This document shows, piece after piece, positions 29,401 to 41,344 of a stretch of 64,000 bases of DNA. Every line of letters starts with the position of its first letter. The first letter of the stretch is position 1. Source of the stretch: the human T2T-CHM13v2.0 reference genome, Homo sapiens; NCBI RefSeq assembly GCF_009914755.1, contig NC_060925.1; one strand, 5' to 3'. The notes under the pieces are model-generated. The model had not been told where the DNA came from. It saw only the letters and a list, made by a program, of their open reading frames with translations, and made no database searches. Both the position numbers and the translations under genes were made by a program.

Positions 29401-30570
29401 CCTTTTGTGAGCCCATAGTTTGCCTTGATGTGCCTGTTTATTCCTCACACTGACCCTCTCAGGAGTAGGTTATTATCCTGTCTTCTAGATAAGGAAACCA
29501 GGGCTTACAGTTACATGCCTGTTCTATGTGGCCCTCTGCCTCCAGCAGGCGGGGAACACGTTCACATACCACTTCCCTCTCCTCGCCCATGGCAGATCCA
29601 GCTATCTGATCAGGGCACCCACTCAGGCCCTTCTCCAGGATGGTTGCTATTAATCCATCAGAATCAGCCCACACCTTGAAACCTATTTGCCACTTCTTCA
29701 CCCTAAATGACCTCCACTCCTGCAGGTCCTCAGAGACATTCCCAGCACTATTACCTGAAAAGAGCTCAGACGGTCTCCCCGTGTCTTCCTCCACTGCAGT
29801 GTCTGCACCGTCACCTGGGTGTTCCTGACCCTGAGGGGCTGGCCCTCCCACTGTTTCATGCTCCACTTCTACAATAAACCAAAACTGGCCTTGAACAAGT
29901 CTCTGATGCCCCATGCCTCAGTTTTCCCAAATGTGAACTGGATGAAAGGCTACATGATCTACCCCAAGCCTTAAGGAACAATAGCTGTTATCTGTGTTTT
30001 CTGCTCCTGTCGGAGAAAGAAGTCAGTTAAATACCAGGCCCGTTTAGGGACCCATTTCTGAAGACTCAAGACTCTGGGGCACTGCTGGCCTCATCCCCCA
30101 TGAGCCTTACATTACATTTCAAGCAGCTTGTGATGGCAGCACATTGCAATAGATATTAATTGCTACATTAAATTCTATGATTTTGCTTAAGAGAATGTTC
30201 ATTTAATTTCCCTGCAACTGTGGTCAACCCGATCTTTAATCGAAACTGACAGGTGCAATTTCAATCAGGTAGCAAACTTCCCTCTCTTTAAAAGAGCCAA
30301 GAATGGCATGAATATTAAATGGGTCAGGACAGTTGGCAACACTAATACAGCTTAAATCAGAACAAGCCTCAGATACAGCTTTTAATTATTCATGCTCTCC
30401 TGGTAAGTCAGGCCCTGACAACAGTGTCACTGGGAGTTCAGGAAACTTCCTCAACGTGACATGAAAGACAAGGGGGGAGCCAGGGTGGAGACAGTGTGGC
30501 CCAGGGTCCCAGGTCAGGCCCCAGATGTCTGAGGGTAATCTGGCTTGGGGAATAGGCTGGAGGGTTGTTA

Positions 30571-30745
30571 AATTAAAGATGGACACTACTTTTTAGCTGC
30601 TCCTCCCATCAATAGGCAGAATCTATTTCCTTTCCCATGGAATCTGACTCTTGATCTATTTTGACCAGTGGAATGCAGCAGAGGTGATGCTGTATAATTT
30701 TCACAACTGGATCCTCAGAGATCTGCAACTTCCACATTCACCAGC
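30571..30745 (+). mobile_element. MLT1 LTR 5' fragment (near-copy of 34461-34632)
   Basis: attaaagatgg...ctcctcccatc...tttgaccagtggaatgcagcagaggtgatgctgt. Confidence 0.75.
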
Positions 30746-32579
30746 TTGCAGCCTCTGGCATCACTGAAATGCTGTATGCTAAATGGGGGAGGGACAGAAA
30801 CAAATATAAAGAGGCACAGACTGAGATAGAGGCACAGCTAGAGAGAGACAGTGGCATACAAGAGAGGGAGAGGGAGGGGGTATAGAGAGAGAGAGAGAAA
30901 CTTAGTTAAAAGAGAGTCATGTGGAGGCAGAGCCAGGAGTAGCATCAGAGGCCTGGAGAGACAGACCAGGGGAAGAAGGGACAAGAGGGAGAGGGGCAGA
31001 TCAGAGCCTGCTCAGGGACCTGTCTGTGAGTACAGGAAGACCACGGGGCAGGGGTGCAGGTGGCACTAGTGTGGGGCCCAAACCAGCAGAAGAAAATAGA
31101 AACAACTGGACATGCCCAGAGATTGTTGCCTGGGGATGGAGGGTGGAGCTTGCCTTGCAGGAACCAGCTCCCAAAACAGCACAGGCTCCACTCAGCACTG
31201 CCTGGGCTGAACCAGGTGTATAAATCACTCAGGGATGGGAAACACTGATGTGTGGCCTTGGAAACAGCACCTGGCAGGGGAAATGGGGGGAAGGATTGTG
31301 AGGGGCCTGAGGGCAGACAGACAGAGAAGCAGACGGGACTGATCCGAGACAGCCAGGGAAGAGGCAGAACCCAAGAAGAGACGAGAGAGACAGGTGGAAA
31401 AGATAGGAGGAAAGACCAAAAGATGCTGCTGGAGAGGAAGGCACCAAACGTGAAAAAGATGCACACCCAGAGGTGGACAGAGGGAGACACTCGGGGAGGG
31501 CACAGGAGGTGAAGATTCAGAAAGAAAGACTTGCCTTGCACACTGACCTTTGAAATAATGTTTGCTGGGAACTGACTGTTCTCAAGAATAACACATCCTC
31601 CTATGTGTAAAGCACTTACAGTCCACCAGGCACTTACCCATCCATTATGTTCTCTCCTCCAGCCCCCCCAGCAGCCTCCCCAACTCTAGAGGAGCATTCC
31701 AGAATATTTATGCCCTAAAAGCACAGATTGATACTGAGTCAGGCCACTTGATTAACCCAAATCATCAATTATCAGGCATTTATCTAAATTCTTTCTCCCC
31801 AGCCCTATTGTCAGCCGTATTGTCAACCATGGATGGATGCCCATGGTAAGGTACAAAGAGCATTGAAGAAGGAGCCACTTCGAACCCTTGGAGCCTCAGT
31901 TACTCCCTCCATCCAGTGTAATGTGACAACCCTGAAGGATGCTGGTGAAGCCCAACTAAGTTCACCCAAGTGAAAGCATAAGCCCTGTGCATATGGGAGA
32001 AATTTTCATGGCCCCCAGTAAAAGGACACCTCATTTGTAGGTGCTCTGTAGAATTTGGTAAAGGGTCCCTGGATTGAAGAGTTTGCCCCAAATCTCATCC
32101 TCCCACAGATTCAGCCCTGGCAGGGTTCCCTTCTGCTTCCAAAAAGATGAAGTCTGTCTCCTGATCCTCCTCCCTGCTGCCAAAGCCTCTGGGGCACCCA
32201 GGCATCCCTCCTTGGTGTGGCTGAGATTTGCATCTAGTCTCCTAGGCTCGCTGATCTCTGACCGGAGGAGAAGGTAAATGGAAAGGCAGCCCAGGCTTCC
32301 TGAATGTGTTTGCCCTCTGCAGCCCTTAATATTTACACATGCCGCGGAGGAGGAGGTAGCTGTCTTAGAGCCCGAGACTGGCATACCAGCCAAGGAGGAG
32401 AGCAAGCCTCTGGCTGGGCCAGGTCAGAGGAATGTATGAGGGTTTTCAGGTTCAGCATCTCCTTCTCTCTGGGTGAGCAAACATCTCTGTCACCTCCGAG
32501 GACCACCAGCAAACCAGGTGGGCCTGGGGAGGCGGGCAGGTACTCTGGCCAGGAGTACCTGCCTGGGCCATTTCACCCA

Positions 32580-32763
32580 AAGGACCAGTCCTGGTGGAGG
32601 AAGAGTTGGCACAGTGCAAAATGAAACTGTGGGGTCCCTTATTCAAAAATATTTAAGAATTTCATGATGGCAAGAGCAGAATATTAAACCATGCATGGGG
32701 ACCTTCTGAGTGTGGGACTCTGAGTGTGACTACACAGATTATAGGCCCACAAAGCTGACCCTA
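32580..32763 (-). mobile_element. MER45A-like hAT-Tip100 MITE
   Basis: cagtgcaaaatgaaa...ttcaaaaat...aagaatttca...ttaaacca...ccttctgag match the reverse complement of the recalled consensus. Confidence 0.8.
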
Positions 32764-32988
32764 CCCTATGGCAACAGGCAAAGGGTGATGATAGAGGTGT
32801 TTACAGAGACTGTGGGAGTGTTTCAGGAGGACCAGACCAGGGACTAGGAATGTGGTATAATATAGCAGAGGAGAGGATTGAGCAGATCCTAACTGTTGGA
32901 CCTCGGGCAAGTAACTTAACCTCTCTGAGCCTCAATCAGGACAATAGCTTATGGGCCTAATTAAATTATATACACAAAACAGTGACAA

Positions 32989-33151
32989 GGCTGGGCACAG
33001 TGACTCATGTCTATAGTCCCAGCTCCTCAGGAGGCTGAGGCAGGAAGATTGCTTGAGCCCAGGAGTTCAAGGCTGCAGTGAGCCAAGATGGTGCCACTGC
33101 CCTCCAGCCTGGAGGCAGACTGAGACCCCATCCAAAAATAAAATAAAATAA
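32989..33151 (+). mobile_element. Free right Alu monomer (FRAM-like) inserted in a MIR
   Basis: Single monomer with ttgagcccaggagttcaaggctgcagtgagc and (TAAAA)n tail; degenerate TSD aaaacagtgacaa/aaagcagtgacag. Confidence 0.85.
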
Positions 33152-33619
33152 AAAGCAGTGACAGTGCTTGGCACACAGTAAGCACCCAGTAAATGATGAT
33201 TATTGTCCTTTTTCTGACAACTATGAACAAAATAAAACACACACAGCCCCTTCCCAACCTCTCCTTCTGAAGGTTAAATGATGCATTGACTAAGCCACAT
33301 AGCAACCTGACAACCACACAGAAGAGACAGCATCTGTCTGCCGGAGGACTTTTCTACAGTTTGAACTACTTTAGACATTAACCAATGTGAGGGAATGATG
33401 TAAGACGTTGGCCAGAAGTACTTCATGCTGTAGGACCGAAGATAGAGCCAACACAGACCATTCGGTATTCATTTGTTTAATAAATATTAACTGAGCACCA
33501 CACACTGTTAGGTGGTTAAGACATGACTGAGAAGCAACCAGCATGGTTCCCCACTCTCATGGAACACACAGTCTAGCATTTCCCACAGCAGAGACCAAAT
33601 CTTGCTTTAATAAAATAAT

Positions 33620-33820
33620 CATGATAATTGTAACAGTATTAGGGAACGTTTTGTTGAGGACTTGCTATATGCCAAATGATGTTTTATTTGCATTCTCTTA
33701 TCTTCATCCTCACAACAGTCCTATGAGGTACAGACTCTAGGACTCCACATTACAAATGGAGAAATGAGACTGAGAGAGGTCAAGTCACCTGGCCAGGGTC
33801 ACAAGACTAGATAAGAGGCA
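33620..33820 (-). mobile_element. MIR SINE
   Basis: atcctcacaacagtcctatgagg...tgagagaggtcaagtcacctggccagggtcaca. Confidence 0.8.
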
Positions 33821-34440
33821 TTCACTCATTCAACCCTCACATGTCAAGCACATCTTCTGTGTTGCACTCTGTGCTTAGGGAAACCATGGTGAGCCCCACA
33901 GATTTTGCCTTCACTCTGGTGGGGAATATAGACGCTGAACAGGAAAATAAATAAAACAAGATCATGACATGCTTTAATTAAAGCAAAAATGAGGGAGGAT
34001 GCTAAAGTAGAACAATAAGAGGTCTGCTTTTAATGGGACATGGATTGGTGCTTAGCACATAGAAGGCACACAGTAAATATTTGCTGACTAACTAAATGAA
34101 AAAGGAGGTCACATGGTATCATTTCTGACACCTGAAGAATGAGAAAGAGCTATTCAAGCATGAAGTGGCCACTCCAGGTAGAGTGAACAGAAAATGCAAA
34201 GGCCCTGAGGTGGGGAGAGCTTGGCATGACGGAGTAACTGCAGGGAGGCCTGTGGGCCTGGGGTACAGCAAACAAGGTGGTGAGTAGCATGCGATGAGGT
34301 CTAGAAAGTCAGGCAGGGGTCAGAGCCCTGGAGGCCACTGGGGCAAAGGAGTTTGGAATTTAGCACAAGGGCAAAGGGAAGCCAATGAGGGAGAAGGGCA
34401 CAGTGACACGATCCTATCTACATGTTAAGGAGATCATTAT
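33820..34440 (-). mobile_element. LINE-2 3' region
   Basis: cattcactcattcaac...tgcaaaggccctgaggtggg...aaggagtttgga...gggaagcca. Confidence 0.7.
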
Positions 34441-34460
34441 GTGGGCTGGGGAGGGGGAAA

Positions 34461-34950
34461 AAATTAAAGATGGAGAATAGTATTTGGCTGCTACCCCCAT
34501 CAATAGGCAGAATCTAGTTCCTTTTCCCTGGAATCTCTCTTGATCTATTTTGACCAATACAATGCAGCAGAGGTGATGCTGTGCAATTTTCACAACTTGA
34601 CCTTCAGAGATCGGCAGCTTCTATGTTCACCACTTTGGACAATAGTGCCCAAAGTTTGGAATGCCTCCCATTGACACTCGGCTGCCCAGCTGCAAGAAGC
34701 CCAAAGCTACATGGAGAGGCATGTAGAGAACTGAGGCTGTCCTGGCAATAGCTCCGAGTTTCCAACTTCCAGCCAGCGCCAGTGGCCAGCTAGTAGCATC
34801 AGATGACTCCAGCCTGGTCAACACTACATGGAGCAGAAGAACCAACCAGCTCAGCCCAGTCAACCCACAGACTCTTGAAAGAAAAACAACTGTTGTTTTA
34901 AACCACTGTGTTTTGAGGTGGTTTGCTACATAGCCATGAGTAACCAAATC
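34461..34950 (+). mobile_element. MaLR LTR (MLT1G/H-like)
   Basis: aagcccaaagctacatggagaggc...ttgttttaaaccactgtgttttgaggtggtttgctacatagc...taacca. Confidence 0.8.
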
Positions 34951-35949
34951 AGCAAGAACAAATCAAAGGAGGGCAAAAGCAGATGCTGAGATAAGCTTTG
35001 AACCTAAAACTCAGTGACTCCAAGACCCTGCCCCTATCCACCATGCTCTGTAACACCAAATTCTCTCTGATTGCTGATGCTCTAGTTTAACTCTCCTGCT
35101 CATCTGCCTGCCTGCTTGCTGCCTTTCAGATGCAGGGCCTATTCTCCTGCCAGCTCTGACTTCCCCCAGCTGTCTCCTGTCCTGACCCTTCCCTGGGAAC
35201 CCTGTGTGGCTGAGGCCTATGAGGTCAGAGGGGCATATGGGGATTCCTGTCCATCTTGCCTTCACCACCCTGAATGCATCTTTGGTCTTAATCCCAGAGT
35301 CAGTGCTGGCCTGGAGGGAGAGCTTCTTCCCTCCCACAGGCTCTAGGGAGCAGGCCGCTGCCCCACTACCTCTCCGCTGCACTCATACATGACTCACTGA
35401 CCTTTACGATCCTGAGACTTGATGGGCCTGGTGTTTTATTAACCTAATAAAAAGGCAGCCTGATTCAGGGGCTTAACATTTCTGGAGAGAGGAAGGCTCT
35501 GCCCCCCGGGCATTGGGAGGAAGAAATACTGTCTTGGGCTGAGCTCCCCAGCACTGTTCTCTGAGACTTCTTGCAGGGAGGCAAAGAGCAATTCATTGTA
35601 TTCCCCATCAAACAGCAGCAGCAAGCCACAAAGCTTAATTTAATTTTGTAATCAGTAGAAGCACAGGCAGAGGAAGACTGCTGCTCACTGTTTTTTCCAC
35701 TTTGCTTTTTAATAGAATATCTGACAGCACACATAATACAGTGGCTTTATGCAATAAAGGACGTGCACGCACACACACATATATGCACATGACGAGGCAG
35801 CTGCAGGAAACTGGAAAGAATCTGGGATTTGGAGGCCAAAGACCTTACTCTTGCTCACTTTACGGCTTTCAAGTAAGTCACTTCACTTCTCTGTGCCTCT
35901 TTAGCTAAGAGTATTTTCCTTATTCTTCTCAGATTTAGTGAAAATACCT

Positions 35950-36130
35950 AATATTTATTGCGGCTTAATACAAGTGCTAGGGAATGTGTGAAGTGTCTCA
36001 TTGAATCTTTATAACAAGTCTACAAGGTAGTTAATGTTATTGTCTCATTTAAAAAGGAGAGGTCTGCGGCACAGGAGGGTTGAGTAACTTGCCCAAGGAC
36101 ACACAGCTGGTAAGTGGCAGAGCTGCATTT
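35950..36130 (-). mobile_element. MIR SINE
   Basis: ggttgagtaacttgcccaaggacacacagctggtaagtggcagagctg. Confidence 0.8.
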
Positions 36131-37214
36131 CAAGAGGGTCTTTAGTTGCAATCAACAGAAGCTGACTATAGATGTTTAAGCAGGAAAAAAAAAAAGTCAT
36201 TGAGAGACTGATGAGTGGTCAGGGGACCCAGCTTGATTCTGAGCTTCCAAAACCATAGCACAGAGTGGGCCTGGTGAGGAAGCCACCTCTCCACTGGGAA
36301 CTGGCCTTTTGTGCCACTGCTCTTGGCTCCAGCCCTGATGCCACTTCTCCCTTAGGAATTCCACCTTGTAGACTTGCCACCCACCAGAGCCAGCAGGCTT
36401 GACTGTTCCATTCAAAAGCAAAACTCATTCCAAGGCAACCTTCTTTCTCAATTTTCCCACTCCTAGAGACAGTCCCAACAAGTGAGCCTGCCTGGTGAAA
36501 CCTAGGTCATCTCCGACAACTGGGCTGCAAAGGTGGCTGCGACCGTGAGAGTTCTGGGTTCTCCCTGAGGACACAGAACACATGGGCCTGGAAGACGTCC
36601 AAAGATAGGAGGGTGGCCAGAAAGTCTATACAGCCAAAAGCAGAGCAAACGCCCACTTCCCACTGGGATTCACACCAGGCGGGCTGACCTAGAGCCTACT
36701 TGACTGGCTTAGATGAGATGATGGTGTGAAAAAGCTCTGTCCAATATAAAGTTCTTCTGGGGGCTGGGGGTGGGGGGTGCTTCACTGTGGTGGGAGCTGA
36801 GGGAGAGACTTAGGTTAGTGGTCAGTAAGTGACCACTGTCTTACCAAATGGAGTGATTTGCATTCAGATCACTATCACATCAGGTTAATTTGTGCTCAAG
36901 TGGCTCACAGTAAGTGATAACATGGACAAGAACTAGGAGGGAAGCCCTTTTAGTATCATCCATGAAGATGCCTTTGTCCTTGCCCCTGGATGTAGCCTGC
37001 CATCAGTCACACAGAACTACTCATCCTCTCTTGTTCTTTACCACCTTAGTCCCTTTCCACCTGATTTTCTACTGCCCAGAATGCCTTTCTTTTCCCTGCA
37101 TGGCAGGCTTTCATGCATTCTCAAAATAAAAATAATAATATCATATATGTGTATGTATACACACATATATGCTTTTTAATATATATACTTTATATATATA
37201 CATGTATATGCTTT

Positions 37215-37430
37215 AAATTTTTTTCTATGTTCTAGACACTGCTGTAAGTGTTTTATATATGTAAGTTCATCTAATATTCATGACAATTTTATCGCTATTT
37301 TACAGAGGAGAAAATGCAGGAACAGAGAGGTTGAGAGAGTTGCTTTATGATGCACAGCCAGTGAATGGAGATGCTGGGATTTGAAGCCAGTCACCCTGGC
37401 TCCAGTAGCCCTGCTTGCCACCACTGTGCT
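37215..37430 (-). mobile_element. MIR SINE, preceded by a TA-rich microsatellite (37140-37212)
   Basis: ttttacagaggagaaaatgcaggaacagagaggtt...gggatttgaa. Confidence 0.7.
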
Positions 37431-38081
37431 ATGCGTCCACTCAAACGTCACCCCCTCTGTGAGACTTTCCAAAAGGGCTCCAGGCCCAGTCCAAACTCCC
37501 CTCCTCTGGAATCCCACAAGGCCTGGCTTCTCCCCTGTTCCAGCAGGATCATGTACTTTCACTTCAATGAATCCTTCACAGGGCTCTGCCTCCCCGCTAG
37601 ACTGTGAGGCCAGGACTGAGTGTGTGTTGTCTGGTTTGTAATCTCTGAGTCCCCAGTGCCTCACTCAGCCTGGTGCATAAGGGATGCTCGGTGCTTGTAG
37701 AATGAATGAGTTTGTTGAACAAATACATAATGTCAAAACAAATTGTGGCAAGAAGGCTTAAATTCCTGAAAAGAGGAAAACATTGTTTCAAGATGCTCTT
37801 GTTTCCTAAACCCCCGGACACCTGGACACTCACCCCTTGTGGGGAGGAGAGTCTTCGGAGGGCCTTGCCAGGTGTCACTGTCCTCCTGCCCCAGTGGAGC
37901 AGGCGCCCTTAATGGCAGCCACACAGTAATTCTTCCAAACCATTAAATAATTGGGAACTTTTCATTAATTAAGCATGGTGACCCTATTAATTAATGAATT
38001 AAGAGGAAGGAAAAAAGGAAAGAAAAAATGATATCAACCTTGGTTAAGAGCTTACTTTGACATATTTCTTAAGTGATTTTC

Positions 38082-38400
38082 TTTTCTTTTTTTTTCTTTC
38101 TTTCTTTTTTTTTTTTTCTGAAACAGGGTCTCCCTCTGTCATCCAGGCTGGAGTGCAGTGGCATGATCTTCACTCACTGCAGCCTCGAACTGCCCAGGCT
38201 CAAGTGATCCTCCCACCTCAGCCTCCCAAGTAGCTGGTACTACAAGCACGTGCCACCACACCCAGCTAATTTTTGTATTTTTTGTGGAGATGGGGTTTCA
38301 TCACATTACCCAGGCTGGTCTTGAACTCCTGGGCTCAAGTAATCCTCCAGCCTCAGCCTCCCAAAGTGCTGGGATTACAGGTGTGAGCCAGCGTGCCCAG
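38082..38400 (-). mobile_element. AluJ
   Basis: tcactgcagcctcgaact...ggctcaagtgatcctcccacctcagcc (AluJ diagnostics); TSD agtgattttc/agtggttttc. Confidence 0.92.
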
Positions 38401-38590
38401 TGGTTTTCAAACATTGTCTTTGGGACAGTGGCATTAGAATACCTGTGGATTTTTTTTTTTTAACTACAGATTCTTGAGCTCCTTGCCATGGAAATTTGGT
38501 TTTGTTGGACTAAGTGGGGCCCAGGACCTGCCTTCAAAGGTGATCCCTGGGATATTTCCCTGCCCGGAAAGGTTCAGGAACCCATGCTTT
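38399..38590. mobile_element. MER5-type hAT MITE
   Basis: cagtggttttcaaac...gcattagaatacctg...gtggggcccagga...gaacccatg. Confidence 0.6.
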
Positions 38591-39479
38591 ATATCATATT
38601 TTCCACCAGAATAACATGAAGAGCGCATCTTAGTCCCTCTATAGGTGATGCTGGAGATGTTACATGCTTTTCCAAGGTCAGCAACTAGTGAGTGGCAGGC
38701 CTGGGACTGCAAGTGAGGTCTACCTGATGAGAGAGAGAGAGAGATCTTTAAGAGACTGGGATGCCCAGTATGAGAGAAGCAAGAAAAAAGATGGGAACAA
38801 TAAAAGATGACCACCTCATGTCCTCCTTCCCCAGCCATGGGTCTGCGCCTTCCTCTGGGTCCGGCTCCCAGCCCCCCATTCCCATGTCCGCTCTCACTTT
38901 TGGCTGAGATGCCCTATCCCAGCTTTGGGTTTGGGAGCCTGCTCTCCTGCCATCTGACTCCCTGCTGGCAGCCTGCTCTCATTTGGCTTTCACCCTCCTG
39001 TATGGTAGCATCTGGCTCATACCAGTGTATATATGACAGTGCCTTTAAGAGATTGTCTGATGTCTCAACCCCCAGGCTGGAGATTCTCCCTTTTAGAAGG
39101 AGCAGAGTGATTTACCAGGGCAGAAGGGGCAAATGATACAAAACATAAAACTAACAAGTGTTTACAAAGCACCTGCTATGCCTCTCTCAGAGAGAGATAA
39201 GGGAGTCCCCGCCCTGGGAGTTCAGCATCTTGCTAGGGATCCAAGGCATTCTCAGAAAGAAAGAGAAATGCCCTTGTGATCAAAGGCCATGTCCTGTGAC
39301 TCAAAAGAACACTCTGACTGTGGGAAGGACACAGCTGGAACCATTGCTGCAAGCAGAGGAGGTCACAGAAGCAGGAGGAAGTCCCGACTGGAATGTTCAA
39401 TGTTTGTTGTGTGGGGTGGCAGTTGCAGGCTCCCAAACCTGGAATGTGGGGTGAGGAACAAGAAAAGTTCACACAAACA

Positions 39480-39720
39480 GAACTTACTGGGGCCAGGCAC
39501 TGCCCTAGGCTCTTCTCATATGTTACCTCCTCATTTAATCCTCACCACTATCCTATGAGAGAGGCAGCTACAAGGCAGGCCATTTGACAGATGAGGAAGC
39601 CGAGGAGTAGCAAGGGGAAGGAACTTGTCCAAGGCTGCACGGCTAAAGTAGCAAGCTGGAATTTGAACCCAGGCAGTCTGGCTGCAGGCTGCATGTGCCT
39701 GATCACTTTGCTATATTTCC
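39480..39720 (-). mobile_element. MIR SINE
   Basis: tcatttaatcctcac...gacagatgaggaagccgagg...atttgaacccaggcagtctggct. Confidence 0.85.
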
Positions 39721-40140
39721 TGTCCAGGTGAAACGGTGCAAGAGGTGAGTAAGTACAGCATGGATTTGCAATGGGGTGAAATCCCACCATGGCTGCTATC
39801 TGTTGGAAAAGGAAGAGGAACAGGACCTGAGCTGTTCCTCCAGTTCAGGCCTGAGCAGAGAGAGCCTTGTGTGCTGGTGTAGGGAGTGTGTGTTCTTCTG
39901 TCAGTGGTAGAGAGCTATTGGGGGTTTCTGAACCAGCCTGTGGGGTGACAGTCCTATGCTCGGGAGAGATGACTCTGGTCCTACTGTATGGGGTGTTTGG
40001 GGTGGACAAAGATGCAGGATATTTCTGCAAGACAGAGGTAGGGTTAGGGGCCTGCAGCCAGGGCTTGGGGTTGGGGGAATATCAAGAAAGTGGAGAGGAG
40101 AGGGCACTCCTGGGAAAGCCCCATCCTACCCTGCTCCACA

Positions 40141-40414
40141 GGCTACAGTTCCCACTCCCCGCCACTCCGCGGGCTACAGTTCCCACTCCCCGCCACTCCG
40201 CGGGCTACAGTTCCCACTCCCCGCCACTCCGCGGGCTACAGTTCCCACTCCCCGCCACTCCGCGGGCTACAGTTCCCACTCCCCGCCACTCCGCGGGCTA
40301 CAGTTCCCACTCCCCGCCACTCCGCGGGCTACAGTTCCCACTCCCCGCCACTCCGCGGGCTACAGTTCCCACTCCCCGCCACTCCATGAGCTACAGTTAC
40401 CACTCCCTGCCACT
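40141..40414. repeat. 31-bp GC-rich minisatellite (VNTR), ~8.8 copies
   Basis: Unit ggctacagttcccactccccgccactccgcg starts at 40141, 40172, 40203, 40234, 40265, 40296, 40327 and 40358, with a degenerate partial copy at 40389. Confidence 0.98.
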
Positions 40415-41344
40415 GGCCAGCAGCGTGGCTTTGAGCAACTGACTGTGGCTTTCTGGCCATCTGTAGAAAGAGGAGCCTACAGGGATCAAATGAGGCCACG
40501 GTTGTCATGACTGAGCCTGGCCAACCACAAGGCACAGTTCAAACAGGAGATGCCACTTCCATGCCCAATGCCATCTTCTCCCCCTTCATCTCTCTCGTTG
40601 CTGATCTCCCTACTACCTACTTGAATCTCCCTGTGGACTTTTACTAGTGTTTTTGTAGGAAGTGACCTCGCATCTCTTTTGGATGAAGGCAGGATCATAA
40701 ATAATAAAGAAATAAATGAATGCACTCTCAGCCCATGCCTTTGCATTTCTGCTCAGTGTCTGCCTCTGACCACTGACCCGTTTGTCCCCTCAGCTGCAGC
40801 CTCTGCACATTCCCCTGCTTTGGCCTGATGGCCCGGACCTCAAACCCTTTCATGGAATGCCAACGAATTCCATAAGGAGTCCATAGGGCTCATGGACACT
40901 CCCTGCCCCTTGGCATATCTGCGTCTTCTGCAGAGCATCCCGCCTTCCAAATGAGAGTCCATGGAAGAGACTGGAAGGAGGACCTGTTGGTGCAAGATCA
41001 CTAATTTGCCATTCCTGGGAGGGGTCAGGGGACCCGAGGAGACCAGGCTCAGCCTAGGTTTGGGCTTGAAAGACAAAATATGAAAGCCAGAAAAGTGTTT
41101 TGCTGTATTTTTCAACACAGACATCCAGGCACAGATGTCCAGGGGCCAGTGGAAGATATGGATTAGAAATTGGGAAGGATTATCAGCTGGGGGCGCAGGC
41201 TTGGGAGTCATCTCCAAAGAGGGTTATATTTAAAGTGGAATGCTTCTGCTATTTTGGTGTCAGTTGACTTCACTAATGTTGGAAATTAGCTGTTGCTAAA
41301 CAGTCATTGTGATACAAACAATCCAAAATATGCTTCATATTACA

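Noticed and set aside
30800-31520. Purine-skewed AGAG/AGAC-rich stretch with long opposite-strand ORFs (similar at 50810-51610)
   Set aside because: Degenerate low-complexity DNA; no stable periodicity or coding pattern seen
30571-34950. The two similar MLT1 segments read as the 5' and 3' LTRs of one provirus
   Set aside because: The intervening DNA holds MIR, L2 and unique sequence, not recognisable MaLR internal sequence, and the first copy is truncated
39867-40510. 184-191 aa repetitive ORFs, and a possible CRISPR-like array
   Set aside because: All three + frames are open only because the 31-bp unit lacks stop codons; units are head-to-tail with no spacers, and the DNA is eukaryotic
41182-41195. 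CTCF-like TCAGCTGGGGGCGC
   Set aside because: Mismatches at informative positions, and it lies in L2-derived sequence
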